The position numbers and the translations under genes were made by a program. Below are positions 11,861 to 24,568 of a DNA stretch of 64,000 bases, in pieces (positions within the stretch are counted from its first letter, which is position 1; each line of letters begins with the position of its first letter). The DNA is taken from NCBI GenBank assembly GCA_025201805.1, contig MU619256.1:184333-248332 (forward strand), given 5' to 3'. The stretch is from Parasitella parasitica NRRL 2501 (Eukaryota; Fungi; Mucoromycota). The notes under the pieces are model-generated. The model had not been told where the DNA came from. It saw only the letters and a program-made list of their open reading frames with translations, and did not search any database.

Positions 11861-13140
11861 GTTTTCTGTACAAAAAAGATGGGGCTAAATTGCTGCATTG
11901 TATGCGCTTGGCAGTGGTAGAGTTTGGGTCGAAACAGGGGAAAGTTACTCCAAACAAAAGGCAACCAAGACCAGCATGACCAATTGCAAGTGCTGAGACT
12001 TGGTCGCGGCACATTGTCTTGAAAGCATTGGGGCATTCGGGATTTAAGCAAAGAAATGAACCGGCCGTTCGCTGTATTTTTCCATTGAGAGCAGCCACAG
12101 GATGAGAGTGCTTGTGGAAGCAGAAAACACACGTTTGCGACGTATTATGATCATTTGCTGTCAGTGTTGGTGTATAGCGGCCATGTCGCCGCTATTTCCA
12201 GAACCCACCAAATTCTCTATGTCCCTTGATGCGAGAGCCGAATCCGTGTCGACAAACATAATCGGCTTCTTTGCACCAGAACTTTTCCTCTCGTAAGCTG
12301 CTAGTCTGTCAAAGCCTTTTTTGTAAGACGGTTCCAGCTGCCTTCTTCTTTTTGTCATCTATTGGTTGTAATAGAATGAGCGCAACGATGCGCGCGCATT
12401 AGTATGATGCGAATAGGCTTGCTCCAAACCATCAGCTGTTGATCATTGATAAAGACTATTTTTTACCAAGATCCGTTTTCATCTCCAAAACTCTGTATCC
12501 GTCTTCTGTGGTCTTTTTTTTTTCCGAGTCAACGAATTTGTAAAAGTAGCCAAGCCGGTGTCTTGATTGATTTGCTTAGAGCCCAAAATGAGAGCGCGAG
12601 GTTGAATCAAGAGTTCAAAAATATCAACTTCATCTGTGTTCGAGTCATTAGCATTGTCTGCATCGTTTGTATTTTCTATAGTAGGCACACACGTATAGAA
12701 TCAGTTTCTTTTACTATATACTGTACATGTGTGCAAAGGCATAGAATTACATACTCAAGATCTGAAGCCTATTGTACAGGTTCAGGCGAGATGCGAAACG
12801 ATCGACATCAAAACAACACTGTCTCGGTAGTCTATATAATGCCATTATCCGTGCCACTAAACACGGCTGTTGTCAGATTCATATCCTCATCCAACTTGCA
12901 TTCCTCTACCTTTCTACAGCATCCTTTGCTACCCACAGTAAAGAGCTTAAATGGTATTAGATTTTCCAAATCATCTATTTAAGGTTTTCCATATTCATAA
13001 ATCTCTCGCCTCAGTGACTGAAGCCTTTCCTTTGTATCTCGAATACTTGACTTTTCGCTTCTTTTCATCAGAAAACAGCTTTCGTCTTCCATTTTTTCTT
13101 GTCTTACTATACTTCTGATGTTGCAGATTACAGTCGTGCT
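11820..13140 (-). pseudogene. Fanzor (eukaryotic TnpB-like RNA-guided endonuclease), decayed, with one spliceosomal intron
   Basis: Reconstructed across stops and frameshifts: RuvC-I VFSGTDNG (12864-12841); DVDRFASRLNLYNRL; intron 12754-12676 (GTATGT..TAG, frame-preserving); helical region LRSFYY..KRRRQLE..FDRLAAYER; IMFV..GSRIKGH..GG.W; RuvC-II ANDHNTSQ; Zn finger CVFC (12131-12120) and CLNPEC (12050-12033); RuvC-III RDQVSALAI (Asp at 12005-12003). Confidence 0.85.
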
Positions 13141-13779
13141 ATTTTCATAATTTTTTTGATTTTTTTTTTACATGATTAATTTGATGAAATACCTCAGTAC
13201 AATCTATTGTAGGTAACATTATAAAACAGCTGGTTACCACTATTTCAACTCAGTTGTCATTGGAACCGTTCCTGATCGGATCTAAGGTTAAATTTCATTG
13301 CTTACTATTCTATCTAGTAAATAAAAGTAATCAATCGGATATCTTGTAAAAAAAATCCCTCGCTATTCGGGTTCAACTTATATTCTAAATTGCGAGGCTC
13401 AGCTTATCGATGAATGATTCACATTATTCAGAATGATTAGCTGATTACATACATAAATAAGTTATGCTCCCTAACTACTACTGTGCTATAATCTTGTTTG
13501 GCAATTAAAATGACAAGCATGACCTGATTGTATTTTGTAAATTATTTTATATAGATTATTTACTTTAATAAAATAAATAGACAGCTGCTTGCCAATAAAT
13601 AAATTCAATAATTTTTTATCTTGTAAATTAATTCTTTATTACTTTTTTAAATTCTTTAGCAAATACAATTATCTACTGCTGCTGTGCTCTCGTGAAGACC
13701 TGCTGGCACAACATCTTAGTCAAAATCTAATCAACAATTATTTACAAAATGTGTGGTTCTGCTGACAATTGCTGTTGCT

Positions 13780-13978
13780 AGATAGCGCCAAGTCAACGCC
13801 AAGTTTTCCAAGTTAGATCTCGGTTCTACGATCATTTAAGCAGAAGTTATGAGCAAAAATTTGATATTTATGGTAAATGATGAAAAATAAAACTGTTTTT
13901 GCAGATAACTTTTGATAGACTCATCGCCTAGTGGAAATCAAGTTATGCTCAAATAGCGATAATCATGCCTGATTTGAT
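13780..13978 (+). repeat. Dispersed ~200-bp repeat, copy 1 (non-autonomous element or subterminal unit)
   Basis: Colinear match to 45924-46122 and 46263-46456 (e.g. CGGTTCTACG, GATATTTATGGTAAATGATGAAAAATAAAACTGTTTTTGCAG, TAACTTTTGATAGA). Internal imperfect inverted repeat at 13841-13859 / 13896-13914. Confidence 0.85.
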
Positions 13979-14825
13979 TGCTGTATCCATATAAAGGCTA
14001 CATATGTCATATCTAACTTAGTCATAATGCACGGATCATGATATTAATTGTTGGTAATTCTTTTACAAATAAGTAATAATCTTGCAGGGTTCCAGGCTTA
14101 TTCAAAGAATACATCTAGATCAGATCGCGGGATATCGGGAAGACACCCTGCCCAATCTTTTCTTTAATGTAAAGTAGAAAAATAGGTCTGTCCTGGAAAT
14201 GCTGTGATTTAATAATGTTTGGCACTTCTTGTCAAACATCAGATGTTATGTGGATAAACGTTGATTGAGATATATTTTAGTATAAATAGAGATCATATCT
14301 TATGTCAATAAAAGTCTTCAGTTTTGTATCTGGTTTTATTCAGAAAAGTCTTTATTACTTTATACAAATCATATTTACATAACATTACGCTGCGCCCTTT
14401 GACACTGGCACAACACCATAATCGCTGACAAACTTTGATAAACTGTCAATTATAAAGTAATTTATGTTTTAAGATTTACAGCATTGGTTCTGCAATGAAA
14501 TTCTAAATTCGATTTGGAGTTAACTCTAGAGGCACTATTGCTACCATTACTACTCTACTACTATTACTATTACTGCTACCATTACTCACAAAAGCCTTTC
14601 GGTTAATCAATCGAGATACTTCAGATACAAATTTTTGGTATAGTACATATATGAAATATGCTGTCAATTTATTTATATGTAAAATGTATACAATGCATAT
14701 AATGTAGTACGCGCTCGATTAGATTAAACACAATACAAGGAAGAGAAATTCACTGTACCATACAAAGAATGGAAATATGTTTAAATATATTACAACTGAA
14801 CAGTAATCGAAAACTGCTAACATGT

Positions 14826-16216
14826 TTAATGCTGAACTCTACTTCTATTGCTGTTGTCATGATGTTGGTCATCCAAGCCTTCCCCATCATTTGAATGGAG
14901 TGATTCTTCATCGTCATTTCCGAATGCACGCTCATTCATTAAAAGAAATTCATCCTCCTCATCCTTGTAACGATTTTCATTGCCATTAGCGCCAGCACTT
15001 CGAGCAATCGAATCCAATAAGTAAACGCCTGCGAATATAATGATAAAGCCACAGATAAGCGACACGACGTTTACCGGGTTGTCTGTGTTGAAGCCTTGAA
15101 ATAAAATAGCGGAAGCAGCAATGGTTGCAGTTGTGAAGCAGACAAAGTAGATGGGATTTACACTAAGTATTACATTGTTAGAATTTAAACACGAATTGCA
15201 TTTTTTTTCGAAATACACTTACACGTTGGTAGAGAACTGTTCCAATGCTTTGTTAAAGTAGTTCATTTGAGTAATGATGCAAACAACGACAACGAGACCG
15301 AAAGCGTAAGTTGACGGATGACTGAATTGATTGTTTCCAGCAAATGTCAATTTTAAAGCAATTCCAAAAGCTTTAATCGACATTACCGAGACAGATCCAA
15401 CCAACGAACAGATGGAAACATAAATAAAAGGATTTCTTTTACCATACTTGGGCACCACCTTGTAAATCATGAATAAACTGACAAAAACAACAATGGCACA
15501 ATAGCTCATGAAACCTACGAATATGTACAGCCTAATATCAGAAACCCACTTCTTTTTTTTTTCTTTTCTTTTCGCTTTTGTTGTCAAAAAAACATACCTG
15601 GCCTTAATGCATAAAACAGTAGTTCGTCGATGGAAGTAACTTCTTTGTCCTCAGGAGCATGTAGCACAATAATTAACGCACCAACAACAGATAATAAACA
15701 GCCAATTTTACCAATAGGTCCCAGCTTTTCTTTTAAAAATATCGAGGCAAAGATAGCACTGTGCATTGTTGATGACATGAGCAAGGCATATTCTATGCCG
15801 AATGAGACCGTATCCTTACCCTAATATTACGCTTAATGCGCCCAGTGGAGTCACCAAGATGGGTGGAGCGAATGAATAGGCTGAGAAATTGAGAACTTCG
15901 CCCACGGCCACTGGAGGTGATACAGTTGGTTTGTGTTTACTACTGATGAATCAAAAGAAACACTTACTTGTACCTATCCCTGCCCACCAAGTCCAATTTG
16001 TCAGATAATTATGCTTTCCATCTGCAGCTGATGTGCCTTATACATAAAATTTAATTAATCGTCCAATTTGCCATGTTCATATCTCATGTCCACTCCCTTC
16101 TTACCATGTCGCCTATTGGCATTTATAAGGCCCTTTTTTGTAATAATAAACGAAAGTCCAATGAAGACACTTGAACTCATGGCGAGTATTAATCCAATAT
16201 ATTTATCTTGAATCAT
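14826..16216 (-). CDS. NIPA-family magnesium transporter, multi-exon
   Basis: MIQDKYIGLILAMSSSVFIGLSFIITKKGL; NFSAYSFAPPILVTPLGALSV; FLKEKLG..GCLLSVVG..HAPE; QMNYFNKAL..NPIYFVCFTT. Confidence 0.93.
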
Positions 16217-17476
16217 GACTATATGCTGATTTTAAAGGAGTGAATAGATTCGTATGTTATAAAAAGAAGAACTTGGATAAAAAAAAAAAGAGAGAGAGAG
16301 AGAGAGAAAGAGGAAAATGTGAGAAAAGAGAAAGAGAGAATAATTCTAATTACACATATATCTAAATACAAGAGTCTGGAAAGGGAGATTTAGCACTAAA
16401 AATATAATAATACGAAAAAAAAAAGGGAGAATTCTGATCAATGACAGAAAGAAAGTTTCAACAATGTAGTAACATAATGAAGTAGCCAACCATTTATAGA
16501 AATTTGAGTAACGGCTTGACCTTATATATATAAACATGTAATTTATTAAAAGAAGCAAAAGGCTGGTTGTCTCTCGTGATGTATGTATGTACTCGTTTTG
16601 TTTCAATTCATTATTTTTGTATATTCGATGTTGTCAGCGGCGCAATTCAAACGTTGATGAGTGTGGCTCAGTTGCATAAAACTTAACAACAAAGTTGTTT
16701 CATCATTATTATACAGGGCTTTTCAATAGCAATTCTGTAACCAAGAACCTTTTTTCAGGGTTTTATTATTAACATTTTCAAAGTTGTTTTTACGCCAAAT
16801 TACTTTTGGTCATGAGCGGATCGTAAATACATAGCAACCAGGCACAAAAGATGATTACCATAAACGTTGCATAGCAACCAATGCTTTTCAAAACTAATTA
16901 TGTATGATAATCAAGTCAGAATTCTATTTTTCATTAAAGCAATTGTAATATATATGTAACAGAAGAAAAATAACATAGAATCCTTTGTGGACGAAAGTTA
17001 ATCATATACAGTTATATGGTCATGTATATAATCATTATTTAATGATCTCATCAAGACTCATGGCACAGAAACCCCTTTTTTGCTAGTGGAAAAACAAATA
17101 AATAAATCCCATTAAAAATGCCCCCTATCGTATATTTCAATTAAACCACTTTTTAATTTGTAGGACATCATTTATTACCGTGATAATTGTAATAATAAGC
17201 CAAGCGTATCTCATGTATGACACTTCAAAAAAAAAAAAAAAAGGTGTGTGGGATAAAAGCATGATATATAGTCATTTGAATATAAAGTGTTTAATTTGAT
17301 AAAAGCATGAGTTTTTAATATAATGTTGAGTGTATGTTATATATATACATAGTCAATGTTGTTTACAATTGTTATGAGAAGATAGCGAACAATTAATGGA
17401 AAAAAAAAGTAAAAGGTTAAAAGAATAAATAAGTAACTATATACGGATCATTGTAATGGAGTAGCTTGCATGATCA

Positions 17477-17866
17477 TCAACATGGACAAAAGTCAGTTGA
17501 ATGAGGGCCAGAACAATTATTGCATTGAGAAGCGGTTTTTCTAGAATTATCACCCTCTGTGGGTGATTGATATCCACCAAATAAAGAAAAATGGAGTGTT
17601 GGCATCAAATTAGGTCTTGGAAAGTTACTGAGGATTGAATTCTCGGTAACAACTTCCGGGCCTTTATTGCTGCTATTAGCATTAGAAGCGCCAGCGTCTT
17701 TATATTGGTAATAGCTGGATGATTTGGGAAGAGCACGCTGAGATGTTGATGAGAATGGTTGGCGCTTAAGGACCGTAGAGATAGGGCCGATGCTCTTACG
17801 AATACGATCAGGCTTGGATTGTGATGAAAAGATGCTAAGAAATGGGAGGCCACCAAGAATTGTCAT
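17477..17866 (-). CDS. Small 129-aa protein ending in a CCHC zinc-knuckle-like motif
   Basis: ATG at 17866 (MTILGG) after a pyrimidine-rich leader; the C-terminus CNNCSGPHSTDFCPC is C-x2-C-x3-H-x4-C. Confidence 0.6.
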   Translation of the reverse strand: MTILGGLPFLSIFSSQSKPDRIRKSIGPISTVLKRQPFSSTSQRALPKSSSYYQYKDAGASNANSSNKGPEVVTENSILSNFPRPNLMPTLHFSLFGGYQSPTEGDNSRKTASQCNNCSGPHSTDFCPC

Positions 17867-18528
17867 TGTTTTAGGATATAGAGAGATCTGATTTTTTGTA
17901 GAGAAACAAAAGAGGGGATAGTGCTTCAAAGACCTGGTTTTTATTATATCATCATTTTTTTTAAAATCTGTTGATTGGGAGGGGTGTGCAGCATTCAAAT
18001 ATTAGGCAACAAGCCTCATTCTCATTTTACTATATTTATCACGGCACCCTCCCCGCAAATGTAGGCAATACCCGTCCTCTCCCGGATGATTCATAATTTG
18101 GAACGGAAGTGCGCGCACATTCTGAATGTTATGAATCAATTGTAAATAGGAAAAATATTAAAAAAAATGAAAAAGCAAAAGAGAAGAAAATGTTTGTATC
18201 TTTTTCTAGCTTTTTATATATACGAAAAAAGAATAAAAAAAAAATGAGCTGATTCAAAGGATCAAAGAATCATGTCATTTACTATCGGGTAAGGAGATAT
18301 GCCCCATTGAATGACCGCAAACTATCGCTACAATCTTTACATTTAAAAGAATAGTTTTCCACTGTCAAGACAAGTTGTTCAGAGAAAAAACTTGACAATA
18401 TTGAAAAGCACAATGTGTAAAGCACTCATGTATTTTTTTTTTCACCTTTGTACGTTATCGACTACTATGGCTGTCTAGTGTTCATTTGGACTCTTTTGTG
18501 TTATAAGAATAGCTTTTAATTTAATAAA

Positions 18529-21500
18529 TTAAGTATACAGTTCTTGAATATCGTCTCCAACGAAAGGAATAGATTCGCCTTGCAGATCAACACCTTCCAA
18601 GAAATGATAAGGGAATTCAACCAAATGGCCACGAATATTGCCCAAATGATCTCTGATATCATCAACGGACATTTCAGGATCATGAACATGACCGATATCA
18701 ATTTCGCTGGGATCAGGATAGAATGCCTTGTACTCTTCCCAATTGGTTACTAAAAATAGGAAATTAGGAGATTGTGTGTCTTTTGAAAAATAAACAAGAA
18801 ACCTTATATACCTGTATCATCAGGAACACAATGGAATACTTCGCGGAACGCATCGGTATTAGTCTTGGCAGTAGAATTCCATCTTTTAAGTGTTTTTTCA
18901 TCAAGAGGATCCATAACTAACTGATCTTCTTTGCTTGAGGTATCGTCAATTTGAGGAACAGGTAAGGGCAACATGGCATCAGTCACGTGATCAGGTCCAG
19001 TATGAGGCAAAAGACCCAAATGTTCCTTCCACAAGTTACGTCTCAGAGTAGCAGCAAAGCGGCTAGCTTCATACTACATAAACATAACATTTAAGTATGA
19101 GATAACACATGGCAATCAAGGTGTATTGGTAGGAAAACTTACATATTTACCATTCATTTTAGATGGAATGGTGTCTTTATCTTCAACAATCAATGCGATC
19201 TCAGAATCACGATCACCACATTGGGAGCGATCGTTCAAGTTGGATGAACCCATAATGACGACCTTGTCATCAGCAATTAAGAGCTTTGCATGAATATAAA
19301 GCTCTTCAGTAACGTAGTCGCTGGCCTCTTCGGCTGCAGCTTCAGCATTACGGGATCGTCCCTCTCTGGTGTCATTAACCCAGGGTTCGTTTTCTACATC
19401 TCCATGCAACATGGCGTCTTTAGCAATTGAATCAGAGGCAATTCCTTCTTCATAGTCACCATCTTCTCTACGTTGGTTATAGCGATGATTACGGCGATGC
19501 TCAACTTCTTCGTCATCACGAACGCGGCCGTACTCGACTTCTTCTTCGACACTGAATTCACCACGAGTGCCTCTGGCAAAGTCTTGATCCCCAGCACGAT
19601 GAACAATACCAACACGAGCACCTTCTTCACCACCAGCATTATCAAGCTGCTGCTGGGTGCTGTTAGAGTATCCAGCCTGTTGAGCCAGGAGTTCCTCAAG
19701 CTGGCTACGGTTAATACGATCGTAACTTCTTAAACTGTAGAAGCGAATGTATTCATCGGGATCAATGCCACTAGCCTTGAGCTTCTCTACAATACTGTCG
19801 CTGCCACGACAGATGGAAATGTACTGATAGTGCATAACCAATCTGAAGATATACAGTTAACACAATGGTCCAAGTTGAATGTAATAGCAACGTACCTTGC
19901 GGTTGCAGCATCTTTGGTGCTGAGATCAGCAGGGAAAGCAGGCATAAGCGGCATCAAAACAAAGACTTTGAACTTTTCTTGTTCTTCATGAGCGCGAATG
20001 ATACGCATCAGGATGGCATTAGCAATCTGATTCTTGATGATATTTTTTTCCTTGTTATCTGTTGCACTAACTAATCACAAACACCCAAAACCCAAGTTTA
20101 GCGAGCTATCGACACGGAGTGATACAGTGCGAACTTACTAAAGAACTGGTTCTCAATATAAACATAGTGCTCGGCAGCAAGGATAGTTGCGATGTAGGCA
20201 TTTTGGATAGAATGCTGAGAATATAATCAATATACAATGATCGTCGCAAAGTTTGTCGTAATATAGCTTAAATTACCTCAAGTTCGACGCCAGAGCTCCA
20301 TTTAGCGCTGCTTCTGAGGACTTGAGCCCTCATGGTTCCTGTTACACCACGAGTTCTGGGTTTATGACGTTGTCGTCTGTAGTGATGTTCTTCTGGCTCT
20401 TCCTCAATGTAGCGCTGCTGTTGGCCCATACCACCGAGAGGAGGCTGTAAAAACGGAACGTTGTCCTTGTTCTTGGCTTTCTCATGCTTTATAAAGTTCC
20501 AACGTTCACAGAAATGACGCGCCACGTCAAGAACAGGCGCACCTTTCTAAACGAGATAAAATATCTGTTTAGTTTACTTTTTGGCATATGCAAATTTGCG
20601 TCACGTTTCACACTTACAACACACAAAGACATGTCGTGCCATGGCATTCTAGGAATAACCGTCTTGTCGATGAGACGCATATCCCATTCCTTGACTGTTG
20701 GTAGTTTAAGAAGTTAGCGTGGATATTCGAGTCATACTGTTGCAATCACAACATGCGCATACCATGTTCGAAATCTCTTACGCGAGCATCACTGTAGTCT
20801 TGGCCTTTGTTTTTGTTTAGTTTAAAATGTGTGGTGAAAATTACGTGATTCTATTAATACCTGGGAACAGTTCGCTTTCGGGGTCGCTTCCGTTGAAATC
20901 AGCCAAAGGATGACCATGAGTATCCCAGCGGCTGTTGTTGTTATTGACACCAAATATCGTTATGTTAGAATTTTGTATGCATAATAAATAGTACAAGACT
21001 TACCCAAAGCACAAATCGATACCACCGAGGAAAGCAATTTCGTTATCAACTACAACAAACTTTTCATGATGTGACCAGAAGAAAGTGCCCTGGATATTAT
21101 GGTCGGGATGTCTCAAAACTAACAACAACAAGGCTGTTAATGTACAGACTTTGTGCCAGATTTCTTGGTGTGGACTATACCTATGATATTCTCACTTAAA
21201 CCTTGAAGAGAATCCTTTGTATGACGACTATCCAAAGTTAATGCCATTTCAACTTCCTATCGAAACACGGCATTGCCTTTTGTTCAACTAAACCCGATAA
21301 ATGCATTAAAATCATCGTATTACCTTGTAGACAACGACATAGATCTTGACACCCTCGTCAGCCTTTCTCTTTAGCAAAGTGTCAAGACGATATTGAGGGT
21401 ATTTGGAAGGGGGACGACGCATATACTAAGCACAACAGTTAATTTATCGTGGTGGACAGCTTGCCTAATTTGTTTCATTTTACCAGCTCAGGGGTCTATA

Positions 21501-21812
21501 ATGTGATGTTTTTTCGTGTCAATTTAACATACAATTATATTCAAGTTCAAGACGTACCAGCCACCAATCTTCGATATAAATACATTCCTTGGCATGTTCA
21601 ATAGCCTCGGATACAGCCCAACAGTAGTTCTGGCCATCAACGTAAAATTTGACTGAGGCATCATGTCTTACAGCTGCGAATGAATCATAGCGATGCTTTT
21701 CATTCATCAGCTTTTGCTCAAAAAGATCATCATCCTGATCTTCGGGGGTGTTGTCAGAAGCTGCATCAAAGACTTCCTTGACCTGGTCGATAAGATTAGT
21801 GAAAAATGACAT
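18529..21812 (-). CDS. Phospholipase D (two HKD motifs, no evident PX/PH domains), many exons
   Basis: [16 protein letters not shown]|TPEL|YMRRPP; [20 protein letters not shown]; PRMPWHD; YIENQFF; [22 protein letters not shown]; ends ..DDIQELYT*. Confidence 0.93.
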
Positions 21813-21968
21813 TTTTTACTAGATGAAAAGGAAAGAAAGAGGGAGAGAGAGAGACATTCTAGGGCGTAAAATTTATATTGCTTATTTATTGCACAAAAAA
21901 AGTCTATTTGATACTTGTGTAACTAATTGAATGAAACTAACGAAACTTGTATTTCATCTCCAAATTTA

Positions 21969-24192
21969 TCATAGTTCTTCTTCACTATCATCATTATCTG
22001 ACATATTGTCCTATTGCCAACAGGGTGTTATGGTGAGAATTAGGATTGGGGGTTGTTGTTGTTTAGGGTTAATGGAATACATACCATATCTTCATCTTCA
22101 TCGCTCGACATTTCATCCTCGTCATCTTCGTCATCTTGATCCATGTCTAATAAATCTTCTTCGGCTTCAGCTTCATCATCTGAATCCAGTTCCACATATA
22201 CATTTTCTGCCAACTGAGCGCGTTGTAGTTGCTTGTCATTGATATTCGAGTATGATTTGACGTTGACCTGACTTTGGACAATGTCCAGACGGCCTCTTAG
22301 TGCAAGCAACTTGGGAAATACGCCGACACGAGTATCTAACGCTTGATAGAAATTTGACAGCTTACCAACCAAGTCAGGCACAGTCATTAAGTATGCTGTG
22401 TGGATTAGGAGCACAGATTTGATCCAGACTAAAAGCACCGGCGCACGGCCAGGCTTTTCTTGAAACTTTTGAATCAGCTCCATTAATAAAGGGATCAAGT
22501 ACTCTGTTGGTAACCTCCTCACTGTATTGTTGATAACATCAGGCTTTGTGTGCTGAAGACACGCCTCTAGTAAACCAGCATCGTTTGAATGCAATGCCTG
22601 CACCAACACTGTCTGCAATGATCCAGCTGAGGGTGTGTCAATAGTCTTCTTTTTGTTGTTTTTCTTGCTCTTTGTTGTTGTTGTGTCTACCACATCTAGA
22701 CTCTGAAGCTTTTGCTCAATGGACAGTTCTGAATTTTCATTGGCTTCTTCTTGGTCTTCATTCATTGCTAGTGTAGGTGCCTTGATGGTGAAGTCTGTAT
22801 TTCCTACAACTGTAACTGTCGATTCGTCGTAAGCTTTGCGAGTTGTTCGTAGATTATTTGCTGCGATAGATGCAGTATCAATCAAGTAGTTGGTAATAGG
22901 CTGTCTGGTCAGTGTGATGTCAGGTATAATGGCACCTGTCTCTTCGTTTGCGTATTTGACCACTTCGAAGGAAGGCTTTACACTGGAACCGCGAGCAATC
23001 ATTATGGATTTGCCGCCGTTGTCAGTGACAAATTTGGCAGCCAAAATGGGAATTACAGTGTCTTGAGAGGAGGTGGAAACAATTTTGATGTTGGCGTCAG
23101 CCTCCTTTGTCATGGATCTCATCATCTTTCTTCTGTTGCTAGCGCTACTGGTTTGCGCGGCAGTTAAAGAAGCGTTCTCCCAGATTCCAACTAGTCCATC
23201 GTCTGTAACTGCCAACACAGAGGGCTCTGTGCTGGAAGAGTCAATATGCGACACATTTGTTTCCAATGTTAGAGCAGTGAGGTTATTTGAGTTTGTGTTG
23301 TTAGACTGAGCATCCCAAACATTGACATAACGGTCGTCTTGGGCGTTGGAAACCAAGACATCATCTTGATGTGAGAATGACAATTCTTTGATAGCGCTGG
23401 CATGTCCAGTAAATTTCTTGATAACAGCGTGTGTATCCAAATCCCAAAGTGTGATTGTGTGGCCTGCCGTTGCCAATTTCTTTTCATCATGGCTCAACTT
23501 TAATTTACGCACGTTCTTGGCATCAGCCTTCCATTTTCTACATGTATAAATATACATATATATATATATAAACTTTAGTCATCTTCCCTCGTGGCTGCAG
23601 CTTCTTCTGTCTTACGATGATTCTTTCCCCTCTTCAATATCCCATTCCACAATCAAATTGTCTTCTGCGACTGAATAGCCTTTCGATCCATCCTTGTTCA
23701 TGACAAAATCAGTGATAGGTGTGGTATGAGGGCCCGTTAGCGTCTTCACTATAGCGCCATGTGAAAGAGAATACATGGCAATCGAACCAGAATGCATGCC
23801 GAGTGCAATGACTCTAGACAAAACTGCAACCCCACTCTTCTTTTTCTTGAATGCTTGTACAGTGTTGGCCTAAGCTTAGGATGAGCAACTCTGACAGGCA
23901 TTTTGGCCTCTTATTTTCTCACCTGCAAATCGCCAGTGTCTTTCATACATCCCCAAGTTAAACATGTAATCTTTTCCTTTTCTTGGGCTGAATAGTCGTT
24001 ACTGACAGTGCCGGAGCGAACGTTGAAAATGCGAAGGCGGTGGCGGTCAACGGCATGTGTAATCAAGGCAAAGTGATCAGCAGTGCTACTGTTGTCGAAT
24101 GCAGAGATGACGATGCCAGCATTTTCAGATGCGTTGGCTGATGTCTCTACTGTGGAGGTATCAGGATTCCGTTTGTGAGTTACTTTACCCAT
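21969..24192 (-). CDS. UTP5: U3 snoRNA-associated protein Utp5/WDR43 (WD40 repeats, Utp12 domain, acidic tail)
   Basis: WD repeats (TLWDL..KKFTGHAS, YVNVWD); Utp12 domain SLQTVLVQALHSND..LLEACL..TVRRLP..WIKSVL..LRGRLD; Asp/Glu-rich tail. Confidence 0.88.
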
Positions 24193-24568
24193 AATGTAAT
24201 GACTTGAACTAGTTGAAAAGATGTCTGATTCCAGTTTGACATGTAGAGAAAGAAAAAAAAAATTGCTTTTGTGGCCATCTGTAGTCACGATGCACGACTG
24301 CTTTGAGGTGCTGATGCAGGTATGGTTGTCGTATGGTGCAGGTATACCGGCGTTACTATGCAAATTCTTTTCATCCACCATCCACCATCCACCCTACACT
24401 TGTTGAACTCGTAAACTGTAGTACATTCTTAAACGCCGCATCCAGCCATATTACTAATGAATTGTGTCAAAAGGTATTGCAACCTGCATCACATACATTG
24501 CGCATACCCTGTAATTTACTAACGCCGTATCGATAGCACCAACTAACAACTGTACATTGCGAAATAAT

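Noticed and set aside
13878-13975. C/D-box snoRNA-like ATGATGA...CTGA in repeat copy 1
   Set aside because: The D box is TTGA in copy 2 and both boxes are degraded in copy 3; no guide complementarity was identified.
22063-22071. TAACCCTAA on the minus strand, a perfect 1.5-repeat telomerase-template-like 9-mer
   Set aside because: It lies inside a ~75-nt UTP5 intron, too short for a telomerase RNA, and illustrates the chance rate of such matches.
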